Program-made: the position numbers and the translations under genes
From: an uncultured bacterium
GTDB lineage: Bacteria; Babelota; Babeliae; Babelales; JACPOV01
Direction of reading: 5' to 3'
DNA length: 64,000 bases
Assembly (NCBI GenBank): GCA_963744715.1
Contig: CAVUUR010000006.1
Location: forward strand, 177,558-241,557
Part shown: positions 50,178 to 61,134 of the stretch, piece by piece
Layout of the letters: each line of letters opens with the position of its first letter
Numbering within the stretch: the first letter of the stretch is position 1
The notes under the pieces: generated by a model
Told to the model about the DNA's origin: nothing
The model's input: only the letters and a program-made list of their open reading frames with translations
The model's database searches: none

Positions 50178-52188
50178 ATGCGCGTATATGAATTTGCTAA
50201 ATTGTTAAATATCTCAAATAAAGAATTGATTGAACTTTTAACAAAGGAGGGCTTTGAAGTAAAAAGCCACATGTCAGCTCTTTCCGAAGAAGCAGTTAAT
50301 TTTTTAAATAAACAAATGCAAGCGCGTTCTGATGCAGAAAAACAGTTACAAGTTACCAAAAAGTCAATAATCGAGCCCACACAGATGCATGTTTCTAAGC
50401 AAAAAGTACCTATTGTTCCCAAGCAAGATTCCCATGTTCAGGTTGTTCAACCAGAAAAAATTATTGTAAAACCTGAGATCAAAGAAGTTCCTCAGGAATT
50501 TATTGTAGAACCTATGAGCATAGGCGATGCTGCTCAAAAAATGAATAAGCCCGTAAATGAGCTTATTCTAATTCTTTTAAAGCAAGGTATTGTATCTGCC
50601 AAAAATCAAATACTTCCTGCTTCTACTATCGAGCAATTAGCTAGGCATTACCAGTTTGTAATCAAGCATGCAACAAAGGAGAAAAAACAGGAAGTGAAGA
50701 GAGTGGTCGTTTCTTCTCGAGAAGCAATTCGCCGTCTCCCTGTTGTTGTCGTTGTTGGACATGTTGATCATGGAAAAACTACGTTGCTTGATTTTATTAG
50801 AAGTACGCGTTTAGCAGCTAAGGAGAAGGGCGGTATTACTCAGCATTTGGGTGCCTATGAAGTAAGTACTTCGCATGGTAATTTAATTTTTTTAGATACT
50901 CCCGGCCATGAAGCTTTTTCTAATATTAGGGGCCGTGGATTAAAAGTTGCAGATATAGCTATCCTTGTTATTGCAGCCGATGATGGTATTATGCCTCAAA
51001 CAATAGAAGCTATCAAACGTGCTCAGGCGACAGAAGTTCCTGTAATTGTTGCAATAAATAAAATTGATAAAGTTGATGCATCGCGGATTGAAGTTGTTAG
51101 GCGAGAGCTTGCTCGTTACAATTTAATGCCAGAAGAATGGGGCGGAACTACGGTTTGCGTTCCTATTTCTGCCAAAACAGGCAAAGGTGTTGATCATTTA
51201 CTTGAAATGCTCGTTCTTCAAACAGAACTCATGGACCTGAAGGCCGATCCGGCTAAATCTGCAGTTGGATTTGTTTTGGAATCAAGGCTCGAAAAAAGGC
51301 AGAGGTCCTGTTGCTACCATTATTTGTCAAGAAGGAACTTTGAAAATTGGTGAATATTTTGCTGCGGGGCATAGTATTGGAAAAGTTAATTCACTTATGA
51401 ACTCTTCTGGAAAAATGATTAAAGAGGCTGGTCCTTCTATACCCGTTCAAGTAGCAGGGTTCTCCGAGCTTCCTATAGCGGGTGAAGAATTTGAGGTTGT
51501 TTCCCAGGAAAAGTATTCAGCATTAAAATCAGTTAAAATAACAAGTTCTGGCGCTTTGCCTCGACAAATTTTTTCTGGAGAGGCGTTTAATCTGATTGTT
51601 AAAACCGATGCGAGTTCCAGCAAAGAAGCATTATTAGAATCGCTTTCTAAAATAGCTGAAAAAATAACAAGTAAAAAAATTAATATTATTTATAGCGGAA
51701 TTGGCAATATAACTGAAAGTGATATTACCCTTGCTACGGATACTGGATCTGAAGTTATTGGTCTTCATGTTAAAGTTGAAACAAATGCCGCCGTTGTTGC
51801 ACAACGTAATATGATTTCAATTCGTTTATATGACATTATTTATAAACTACTTGAAGACATTGAAAAACAAGTAAAAGAACCAGAAAAAGTAAAGCTTGTA
51901 AGTAAAAAAGTTGGCGAAGCAATTGTGCGAAAGATTTTTGACATAAAAAATATTGGTATTATCGCAGGTTGTTATCTTAAAGAGGGCCGCTTTCCTCGTG
52001 AAGGTCGCATTGTTGTGTGGCGTGGCAAGAAAAGAATTGGCGAGGGTTCAGTTAAAGAATTAGAACGCGACAGAAAACCGGTTAAAGAAGTACATGCCGG
52101 GTTTGAGTTTGCATTTCTTGCTCATGGATTTGATCAATGGGAAATTGATGATCGCATTGAATGCTTCTTGGATGTTCCCGAAAAATAA
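50178..52188 (+). CDS. infB: translation initiation factor IF-2 (one apparent extra A in the run 51292-51297)
   Basis: [38 protein letters not shown]; removing one A restores LEKGRGPVAT. Confidence 0.96.
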
Positions 52189-52344
52189 TATTATTTTTCA
52201 GCCGCAAAAATAGTTTACTATAAAAAATACCGCAGTATTAACTTAGCGGCATCTGTTTTTTTGAATAATTCTTCCAAATTATACGTATCGGCTTATACTA
52301 AGCAATGTTTTTTTAGCATAAATGTTAAATAAAAAAGGAAAAAC

Positions 52345-53352
52345 ATGCTATATGTATCTATTGAACTGATTTGTGCCATTCTCATTTCATTTTTATTAAC
52401 ACTTTATTTAGTTCCATTATGTTCTACGATTGCGTACAGGATTGGTGTACTTGATATCCCTGATGGCAAAATTAAAAAACATGAAAAATCTATCCCATAT
52501 TTGGGAGGCGTTGCTGTTTACTTAGGATTTATAATAACGTTAGCGTTGCTATATCCATTTGAGAATCAGATTTTTTTATTTTTAATAGGCATCACTCTTT
52601 TGTTATTTTTGGGACTGGTTGACGATATTATTTGCATGCAGCCGTATCAAAAATTTTTTGGACAAATGATTGTTGCTTTTTGTTTTTTTAAATCCGGTAT
52701 ATACCTTAAGGAAAGCTTTTTTTTAAATAATTACTGGGGTATGCCACTTTCAATGTTCTGGACTGTGCTCATTATTAATTCCTTTAATCTGGTTGACGTC
52801 ATGGATGGGCTAGCGACAACTATTGCCTTATGCGTAACAGGTTCATTTTTGATTCTTGCGCTTAGTTTCCGGGAATATCAGCTTAGTCTATTGTTAGGAT
52901 CATTTTTGGGGCCATTGTTAGCATTTTTCTATTATAATAAACCTCCTGCAACTATTTACTTGGGTGATGCTGGTTCGTTATTTATAGGTGGTTTTTTAGC
53001 CGCAATCCCCTTTTTATTTTCCTGGGGACACTATAATTATTATGGCTTTTTTGTACCAATAATAATTTTAACGATACCGCTTTTGGAAGTAGGCACTCTC
53101 GTTTTATTACGTTCATATAAGCGAATTCCTTTTTATAAAGCAAGTCCTGATCATTTTTGCATTTATTTACGGGAATCAAATTGGAGTAAAAATCAGATAT
53201 TGTTATATATTTTTGTACTGTCTTTATTCCTGTTGGGCTTAGCATTATTAGTGGCATTTAATAGAATTGAAATATTCCATTTGATATTACTAATACTGGT
53301 TTTTTTATTTAACTGGTTTTTTATTTTAAGTAAAAATTATTTATTGCCGTAA
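52345..53352 (+). CDS. MraY/WecA-family polyprenyl-phosphate N-acetylhexosamine-1-phosphate transferase
   Basis: D.P..KIKKH...P.LGG, GLVDD, N..NLVD.MDGL, N.PPA.IYLGDAGS, DH. Confidence 0.9.
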   Translation: MLYVSIELICAILISFLLTLYLVPLCSTIAYRIGVLDIPDGKIKKHEKSIPYLGGVAVYLGFIITLALLYPFENQIFLFLIGITLLLFLGLVDDIICMQPYQKFFGQMIVAFCFFKSGIYLKESFFLNNYWGMPLSMFWTVLIINSFNLVDVMDGLATTIALCVTGSFLILALSFREYQLSLLLGSFLGPLLAFFYYNKPPATIYLGDAGSLFIGGFLAAIPFLFSWGHYNYYGFFVPIIILTIPLLEVGTLVLLRSYKRIPFYKASPDHFCIYLRESNWSKNQILLYIFVLSLFLLGLALLVAFNRIEIFHLILLILVFLFNWFFILSKNYLLP

Positions 53353-53667
53353 TACCTTTAATAATCACTCAATATATCAAAGTTGTTGCTTTTTTCGTTT
53401 TTTTCTTTAAAAAATCACCTCGATTTTTTGAAAAAACGTATTATATACCCACTTTTTTGTTGTTGCGTTTTTTTTAAATTAAATTTTATTGTTTTTGTTA
53501 TCAGATGTATGACAATAGAGCTAATTGACATGCAAAATTTTGACTTCCTATGGCAGTTTGATTCTAAGATAGTATGGTTGGGAAAAACTGCTATGTGAGA
53601 AAGTGATAGCTCATGATATACTACAATTCCTTCTTGGCTGTAAAAAATGGGCTATTACTTTCTCATT

Positions 53668-54567
53668 CTATATAACTTTTACCCCTAATATTGTTCTTGT
53701 TTTTTCAGTTAATAAGCCGTGTAATGTGTTCATATTTTCGATATCTTTTTTTAAATCGTTATCCTTAGGTGTTTCTAGGATTTTTGGTATATCAAAAAAT
53801 CGCTTATCGTTGCATATAAGACGAAATGCTTCAATGCCTAACTTTCCTTTACCAATATCAGCATGTCGGTCGAGATGCGAATTAATATCACCTTTGGAAT
53901 CATTCATATGTAAAACTTTGAGGTGGTCTAATCCAATAATTTTATCAAAAGAGTTCCACAGTGCTTCATAGGTTGTTGGCGTTCTAAAATCGTATCCTGC
54001 GGCAAAGGCATGGCACGTATCGAAGCATATGCCAACTTTACTTGGATGGGAGACATGATTCCTTATAAATGCAAGTTGTTCAAAGGTATTGCCTACCGCT
54101 GTTCCCTGGCCTGCTGTATTTTCTAGAAGAATCATGGTTTTGCCCGGATTCTTTTCTATAATAGTACTTAGGTTATGAGCAATTCGTTTCATGCAATCAG
54201 TTGCTGTTGATGTTCCATATGATCCCGGATGGAGGACAAGATAAGGAATATCTAATTCTTGGCATCGTTGAAGCTCTTCTGTCAGTGCATGTACTGATTT
54301 TTTATTTAACGCTTCATCGTTTGATCCTAGATTTATCAGATAGCTAGCATGAACAACGACCGAGCGTATGGTTGATGCCTTTAATGTTTTTTTAAATAAA
54401 TCGGCTGAGGCTTGGTCAATTTCTTTTGCTTTCCATTGCTGATTGCTTTTGGTAAATATTTGCATACAGGTGCAACCAATGGAAGTTGCTCTTTCGATAG
54501 ATTTTTCCAGGCCGCCTGCAATTGACATATGTGCACCGACTAAAAAAGTATGAGCTGTTGTTTTCAT
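53668..54567 (-). CDS. nfo: endonuclease IV
   Basis: GAHMSIAGG, QIF, HASYLINL, HPG, ENTAGQG, DTCH.FAAGYD, H.NDSK, DRH, ILETP. Confidence 0.97.
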   Translation of the reverse strand: MKTTAHTFLVGAHMSIAGGLEKSIERATSIGCTCMQIFTKSNQQWKAKEIDQASADLFKKTLKASTIRSVVVHASYLINLGSNDEALNKKSVHALTEELQRCQELDIPYLVLHPGSYGTSTATDCMKRIAHNLSTIIEKNPGKTMILLENTAGQGTAVGNTFEQLAFIRNHVSHPSKVGICFDTCHAFAAGYDFRTPTTYEALWNSFDKIIGLDHLKVLHMNDSKGDINSHLDRHADIGKGKLGIEAFRLICNDKRFFDIPKILETPKDNDLKKDIENMNTLHGLLTEKTRTILGVKVI

Positions 54568-54827
54568 AAAAAATCCTAATAGATATAAAATAATTGTTAA
54601 ATCTTTTTAAAATAGCAAAATAATATTTGCGAAGTACATGGTGGAATGAGAAATTAGCATGTAATACTTATTATATCCCATTTTTTTATTTGACAAAATC
54701 ATGTAAAAAGATACTATAAAAAAATCCCATTTATGGCTTTTCTGCCATAATATTTTAAAAAAAAAGATTCAGTAGTTGTGAAGTAAGCCGCATTAAGTAT
54801 TTTATTCTCGCTATTCGAGGTTTTTTT

Positions 54828-56786
54828 ATGTTATCTAAGTGTAAAAGCTTACTTTATTGTTTTCTTGCCAGTGTAATTTTTATTGCTAGTAATGCTGAGG
54901 ATGTAGTGTCAGAGCAATCTGGTACAGAATTTTCTTTAGGAAAAGCAAAAGCCACCCTTCAGCTTAAATTCAAACCGGAAACTTTTGCTACAAATAGTAG
55001 CAATCTGCTCAATAATGCCGTAAGAAGTGATAGGCTTTTTTTTAATCGTGGCACTGTTGACCTTAATGGAAATATTAATTATGCCGATTTGGCAGAATTT
55101 TTCGTTACTCTTCGTAATCAAGCAACGTGGGGTAATGCAGAAACAATAGCGACAACAACCGAAACAGAATTAAAATTACTTGATGCCGTTTTTGGTGGGC
55201 ATAGACATTATATCACGCGGCATGTTGTTTGGATTCGTGAAATATGGTTGAAATTTCTTATTAACGAAGCGCTCGGACTGCATTTTGATAATAAACATTT
55301 TTTTACGCTAGGTGCTTTTCCTTTTGAATTAGGTCGCGGTATTGCGTTAGGTTCTGCATACGCAGTGAATCCAAAGTTTTTAGGTTTTTATTCTGATAAC
55401 ACTATTAATCAATACGCGTATGGATTTAAAATTTCGGGCGATGTTGTGCCATCAAAATTGCAATATGATATTTATGGTGCAATTTTAGAAAATAGAAATG
55501 ATTCATTTACTAATAGTTCATTGCGCATTCTTGGACAGCAGTTTGGAAGAAGAACGACGCCAGAACGTGGACCAGGGAAAATTAATTTTCTTGTGGCAGG
55601 TCGGTTAAAATGGGTGCCGAAGAAAACTGATTGTGCTCTTGCTGCATTTGAGCCTTATGTATTATTAGATCATATACCCGAGCAAATAGTTGAAGTGCCG
55701 GCCGATTCAAGTGCAAAATTAGCGACAATAGGGTTAGCGGGGGAATTTGTTTTAGGTAACTTCGAATGGGGATTTGATTCTGCCTTTAACTTAGGTAGAC
55801 AAAAAGTAGCGGGATTAGATCGCAATAAAGTTGAGTTTGAAAATAGCAATGGTTTTGCTGTGCTCGTTAATAGTCGTGTTGTTTCAGCAGATCCAACTAC
55901 TACACCAAAACCGCCAAAAGTGTTATTTGATCCCAATAGTGTTACTGGAAAACAAGTGCAAGCCATTATAAATACTTCACCACAAGATGCCTCACAAAAT
56001 GGCAAACAAATAGGTGAAGTAAATGGAATGCCACTTTTTAATGCTTTACATCGTTTTAGAAATCCGCATACCAATATATTTAAAGGTTGGATGTTTGTCG
56101 CTGATGCTGCATATTGGATTTTAAAGCCAACGTTAAAAGTTGCAGCAACGGTTGGCGCTGCATCTGGTGGTGAAAATCCAAATCAAAATTTCGATCACCC
56201 AAAAGATGAGGTTAACAGAACTTTTGCAGGGTTTATAGGTTTGCAGGAACTATATTCTGGTTTTCGTGTTCAAAGCGCATTCTTTTTAGGTGGCGCTGGC
56301 CGTGTACCTCGTCCATTAAGCGTGCCCGATCCGACTGAAGGAATCGATGAATTACCATCGCAAATTTCCGGATTTACTAACTTAATATTTACGGGTCTTG
56401 GTTTGCATTGGTACCCACAAAATTGCAAAAGAGTATTTTCGGTACGACCAAACGTTCTTTTCTATTGGCAAGAACATGCTAGCAAAAAATTTGATATATT
56501 TAATGGCATGAGTTCTCGCCATGAATTTGCGCGCAATTATCTTGGATGCGAAGGTAACGCATTCATTGATGTAGCATTACTCAAAGATCTCAAGTTATTT
56601 ATTGTGGCTTCATTTTTTGTTCCCGGATCACACTTTAAGGATATTAAAGGAACTCCGCTCAATAAAGATCAAATAAAAATATTGGATAGTCTCGATGTTA
56701 CTGGCGCAGAGGATATTGAAAAGCTTCCGTTATTAGGAAACGACGTTGCATACACACTTAATATTGGATTAGAATATCGCTATTAA
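54828..56786 (+). CDS. putative outer-membrane beta-barrel protein
   Basis: Signal peptide, alternating aromatic/hydrophobic strands, C-terminal beta-signal LNIGLEYRY. Confidence 0.65.
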   Translation: MLSKCKSLLYCFLASVIFIASNAEDVVSEQSGTEFSLGKAKATLQLKFKPETFATNSSNLLNNAVRSDRLFFNRGTVDLNGNINYADLAEFFVTLRNQATWGNAETIATTTETELKLLDAVFGGHRHYITRHVVWIREIWLKFLINEALGLHFDNKHFFTLGAFPFELGRGIALGSAYAVNPKFLGFYSDNTINQYAYGFKISGDVVPSKLQYDIYGAILENRNDSFTNSSLRILGQQFGRRTTPERGPGKINFLVAGRLKWVPKKTDCALAAFEPYVLLDHIPEQIVEVPADSSAKLATIGLAGEFVLGNFEWGFDSAFNLGRQKVAGLDRNKVEFENSNGFAVLVNSRVVSADPTTTPKPPKVLFDPNSVTGKQVQAIINTSPQDASQNGKQIGEVNGMPLFNALHRFRNPHTNIFKGWMFVADAAYWILKPTLKVAATVGAASGGENPNQNFDHPKDEVNRTFAGFIGLQELYSGFRVQSAFFLGGAGRVPRPLSVPDPTEGIDELPSQISGFTNLIFTGLGLHWYPQNCKRVFSVRPNVLFYWQEHASKKFDIFNGMSSRHEFARNYLGCEGNAFIDVALLKDLKLFIVASFFVPGSHFKDIKGTPLNKDQIKILDSLDVTGAEDIEKLPLLGNDVAYTLNIGLEYRY

Positions 56787-56877
56787 AAATAAAATGGTTT
56801 TCTAGTATACTATAAGATAGAAAATTTTAGCGTGACTTTTCGCAAATTAATGAGTATCTGGTTAAGGATAAAAACAA

Positions 56878-58644
56878 ATGCATTATTTCAATCGAACTAC
56901 TGGTTGTGGATTAGTTAATGAAACATTCCTAAATAAGGTTGTTACTTTATCTGGTTGGGTCCATAGAAGAAGAGATCATGGTGGATTAATTTTTATTGAT
57001 CTGCGTGACCGAAGTGGTTTAGTTCAATTAGTTTTTAATCCTGATTTTTCTCAATTGGCACATAAGTTAGCGCATTCTCTTCGTTCAGAATTTGTTATTT
57101 CAATTCAGGGAACGGTGGTTAAGCGGTCACCTGAAACTATTAATAAAGAATTAGCAACAGGAAGCATTGAGATTCAGATCACTGAGTTAATTATTTTAAA
57201 CAAAGCAAAAATGCTGCCGTTTTCTTTGGAAGATGAACATGTCGAAGAAGAACTTCGTCTCAAATATCGATATATAGATTTGCGCCGCTCGAATATGCAA
57301 TATAATTTAGCACTGCGCAACGATATTATTTTTGCTATGCGTGAATTTTTTCATAAAGAAGGTTTTTATGATATCGAAACGCCGATTTTAACTAAGGATA
57401 CTCCTGAAGGGGCCCGAGGTTTTTTGGTTCCCTCGCGTATTAATAAAGGTACTTTTTATGCACTAGCGCAGTCTCCTCAATTATATAAACAACTATTAAT
57501 GGCTGGCGGCATGGAGCGATATTATCAAATTGCCCGATGTTTTAGAGATGAAGATTTGAGAGCAGACCGACAACCGGAATTTACGCAATTGGACTTGGAA
57601 ATGTCTTTTATTAATGAAAGTAACATTCAGTCTGTTATTGAAAACTTCTTTTGCCATATGATGAAGAAAATCTTCAATATTGAGCTCACATTACCTTTGC
57701 CGCGCATGACCTATCATGAAGCTTTTTCCGCTTACGGATCAGATAAACCCGATTTACGATTTGATTTGAAAATTAGTGATTTTACTTCCGCTTTTGCGAC
57801 CACAGAATTAAAATTTTTAAAAACCGTGCTTGATGCTGGGGGTAAAATTGGCGGATTACATATTCAAAATAAGAAATTTTCTCGCTCTGAACTTGATGGA
57901 TGGGTTGATAAAGCGCAGCAACTAGGTGCACGCGGTTTATTGTGGATTAAAATTACCGAAGAAAATACGTTAGAAGCGCCGGTAGCAAAATTTTTACCTC
58001 CCGATTTTATTAAGGAATTGAAAAAAGTAACGCCTTTATTATCTCCTGGTGATACATTATTTTTAGTTGCCGGTGAATATGAAGAGGCGTGGGAAAATCT
58101 TGGTAGACTTCGTTTGCAACTTGCTCGCGAATTGGCAATCATTCCGGAAGGGTTATTGCATTTTTCTTGGATTACTGATTTTCCAATGTTTGAATTTAAT
58201 AAAGAAACAAAACAATGGGTTGCTAAACATCATCCATTTACATCACCTCAAGAAGGTTGGGAAAATCAGGCAATTGGTGATATCAAAGCACGTGCTTATG
58301 ATATTGTACTTAATGGCGTAGAGCTTGGTGGTGGATCAATTCGAATTTATAATTCTGAACACCAAGCACAGGTATTTAAAATGTTAGGTTTAAGTACCGA
58401 ACAGGCACAAGAAAAATTTGGTTTTTTACTTGAAGCATTAGAACTAGGATTTCCACCTCATGGAGGTATTGCTTTGGGTATTGATCGGTTGGTAATGTTA
58501 CTAACTAACACTCATTCAATCCGTGAAGTAATTGCATTTCCTAAAACAGCGCGTGGACACGATCCATTAATGAATGCCCCAACACCTGTTGATGAGAAAC
58601 GATTACGTGAATATGGGTTACGTAATAATCAACTACTTAAATAA
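56878..58644 (+). CDS. aspS: aspartate--tRNA ligase
   Basis: GWVHRRRDHGG..FIDLRD, QSPQLYKQ.LM, FRDEDLRADRQPEFTQ.D.E, HHPFT, PPHGGIALG.DR. Confidence 0.98.
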   Translation: MHYFNRTTGCGLVNETFLNKVVTLSGWVHRRRDHGGLIFIDLRDRSGLVQLVFNPDFSQLAHKLAHSLRSEFVISIQGTVVKRSPETINKELATGSIEIQITELIILNKAKMLPFSLEDEHVEEELRLKYRYIDLRRSNMQYNLALRNDIIFAMREFFHKEGFYDIETPILTKDTPEGARGFLVPSRINKGTFYALAQSPQLYKQLLMAGGMERYYQIARCFRDEDLRADRQPEFTQLDLEMSFINESNIQSVIENFFCHMMKKIFNIELTLPLPRMTYHEAFSAYGSDKPDLRFDLKISDFTSAFATTELKFLKTVLDAGGKIGGLHIQNKKFSRSELDGWVDKAQQLGARGLLWIKITEENTLEAPVAKFLPPDFIKELKKVTPLLSPGDTLFLVAGEYEEAWENLGRLRLQLARELAIIPEGLLHFSWITDFPMFEFNKETKQWVAKHHPFTSPQEGWENQAIGDIKARAYDIVLNGVELGGGSIRIYNSEHQAQVFKMLGLSTEQAQEKFGFLLEALELGFPPHGGIALGIDRLVMLLTNTHSIREVIAFPKTARGHDPLMNAPTPVDEKRLREYGLRNNQLLK

Positions 58645-58665
58645 TGAGCAAATTTTTTATGAACA

Positions 58666-59136
58666 TTATTTAGCAAGATGAGAACGCAGCATCCATGCTA
58701 TTTTTTCATGTTTTTCCATCAAGTCAGTCAAAAAATTGCTTGTTCCAGCATCACCCAAATTTAACGTTGAATCAACAGCAAGTCGCAATTGTTTAATAAT
58801 TGTTTCATGATCCGCTAGTAAAATAGAAATCATGCTAAGTGCTTCCGGATAATCACCGGGTCCTTCGGGAAGTGTGGTATGTTTACTAAACTCAGAAAGT
58901 GTGCCAAAAGATTTGAACCCTATTGAGCGAACCCGTTCTGCAACATCATCATTGATATCAAGTAATTGCTCATAAAGATGTTCAAAAAATTTGTGAAGGT
59001 CATGAAACTGACGGCCTTCAATATTCCAATGAAAATTTAATGTTTTTGTATAAAGTACATATTCATTAGCAAGTATTTTGTTTAATATTTCAGCTACTTG
59101 CTTGCAGTTGTTTTTATCAATACCTATATCAATCAT
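58666..59136 (-). CDS. dps: Dps DNA starvation/stationary-phase protection protein
   Basis: KT.NFHWN..G..F..LH..FE..Y, D.VAER, HEK.AWML. Confidence 0.95.
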   Translation of the reverse strand: MIDIGIDKNNCKQVAEILNKILANEYVLYTKTLNFHWNIEGRQFHDLHKFFEHLYEQLLDINDDVAERVRSIGFKSFGTLSEFSKHTTLPEGPGDYPEALSMISILLADHETIIKQLRLAVDSTLNLGDAGTSNFLTDLMEKHEKIAWMLRSHLAK

Positions 59137-59349
59137 ATAATCCCTCATTCTAGTAGTTAATATTTTTTTATTTATTATAGCAAATTTAATTAATAATAAT
59201 CAATACATTGTACTGTGGTTCGTATCTAACTACCAACGTTGCATAGTAATTTTATTGTTTTGATTTTTTTGATGCAATTAACGTTCCTAGGTTAAGTTTG
59301 TTTAGTATTAGTAAAAAAGCAAGATTAAGATGACTATTTTTTATTAAAA

Positions 59350-59412
59350 AATTTGCAGATTCTTGCCCAACAAAAATAAATAAATATATGCTGGGTCAAG
59401 AATCTGCAAATT
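59350..59412. promoter_or_regulatory. long inverted repeat between divergent dps and delta-60 genes
   Basis: AATTTGCAGATTCTTG (59350-59365) / CAAGAATCTGCAAATT (59397-59412), with an imperfect inner CCCA..CA/TG.TGGG stem. Confidence 0.55.
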
Positions 59413-59474
59413 GTCTATTTTTAAAAAAGGAATCATATAAATTGTATTAGTTTCGCCATAGAAGGGAGTGAGTT

Positions 59475-61038
59475 ATGAAGAAGATTAGTTTATCATTTTT
59501 GGCAATTTTTGGATTTTTGTATGCAGCAGATGGTAATTTAGATAATTCATTTGGAACGAATGGATTATCAACAATTCCACAAATTACCTATCCATCAGTA
59601 GGTGCGTATGCTCTTGGAACATTTATACAAGCTGATGGGAAGATTGTCCTCGGGGGAACTCTTATATCGTTAGGCCAAGGATATGTTACTCGCACAACTT
59701 CGAATGGCGATCTTGATACCACCTTTAATAGTGCTGGGCCAACCCCGGGAGTTTTAACACTGAATATAACTGGAGGTAGTGATGTTAATAATGTACTAGT
59801 GCAACCAGATGGGAAAATAGTTGCTGTCGGTGGTGCATCAGGAAATTCAATACTCATTACCCGTTTAAATTCTAATGGTTCATTTGATACAACATTTAAT
59901 GGCGGTAATCCTGTTCTCACGCCAACTCCCATTTCTGGATTAACACCTGATGCCGTTGCTGTCGCCCTTGATAAAACAGGGGGGCTTACGGTGGTTGGAT
60001 TTTTATTCAATAATACAGGGAGTGCAGCGGATCTATTATTGTGCGCTATAATGCAGATGGTACACTCAATACGAATTTTAATGGATCGGGATTTGGTGTT
60101 TTGAATGTAATCGTGAGTGGCATACCTCTTCTTACTATTGGCACAAGTGTGGCTATACAAGCTGATCAAAAAATTCTTGTTGCTGGTTATGTTGTTCTTA
60201 GCAGTGGAGCAACACCATTCTTTGTAGCTCGTTATAATACCAATGGAACCCTAGATACTACCTTTCAAGATGGATCTGCGCAGCCGGGAGTTATTGTTGA
60301 TGCTAGTTCAGATAGCACAAGCGGACCATTTTTAATAATTCAGCCAGATCAAAAGATACTTGTGGGCATTGCAAACTTAGATGGTGTAAGTAATCAAAAC
60401 TATCCTCAAATTATTCGCTATAACCATGACGCAACCGTTGATCTCTCTTTCAATGGATCGGGAAGAACGAGTGCATTTTTTGATGGCACTAATTCAATAA
60501 CGAATAGCCTTATCGGTTTGCAAAGTGATGGTAAAATTGTGAGCGCTGGAGGAGTTAGTCCTATCAGTTTTAACCCATTTGGTTTTGCCGTCGTTCGATT
60601 TACCATACTGGCTTACTCGATACAACGTTTGGTGCGCCAAATGGCTACGTATTAACGCCATTTCCCGGAGAAAGTAATGCTTTCGCTAGTGGTTTAGCTT
60701 TGCAACGAAATGGATTTATTATTGCAACAGGTTTTAGTGGAAATTCAACGCAACTATTATCTTTAGCGCGCTATCAAGTTGAAACTCAATTATTTCCTAC
60801 AACACTTTTCTGGGTTGGGGGATTGAGTCTTGGAACTGCTCAACCAAAAAGTATCGTTGAACTTAATCATAATACAACATCAGTGGCTAAGGTAGATGAT
60901 ATAGATGGTTTTTGGATTTCTCCAATAAGCACGCCGAAGTTAGGTCTTTCGGCAGTAGCCCATTATCCCGGTGGATATGTTAATATTCCTACTGCATCAG
61001 CATGTTTTCTTAGTTTTTGTTTCAATGAGCATGACTAA
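59475..61038 (+). CDS. exported delta-60-repeat beta-propeller protein (apparent frameshifts ~60040 and ~60605)
   Basis: Repeats Q.DGKI...G and R.N.DG.LD.TF..G across ORFs 59475, 60041 and 60700. Confidence 0.85.
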
Positions 61039-61134
61039 TTTTTATGAATTATGAGTCATTGAGATTTTGTTATTGCATAGTATGTGCTTAAACACAATTT
61101 TATTAATGAGATAGATTTTATGCAGGAATTTACT

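Noticed and set aside
51285..51305. Programmed -1 frameshift in infB at the AAAAAAG run
   Set aside because: Codon phase is GAA AAA AGG, not A AAA AAG, and restoring IF-2 needs removal of one base; a homopolymer error is simpler
53383..53971. Short track ORFs 53383..53598 and 53603..53971, and other small ORFs antisense to or nested in recognised genes
   Set aside because: Low-complexity AT-rich or shadow frames with no motifs or RBS
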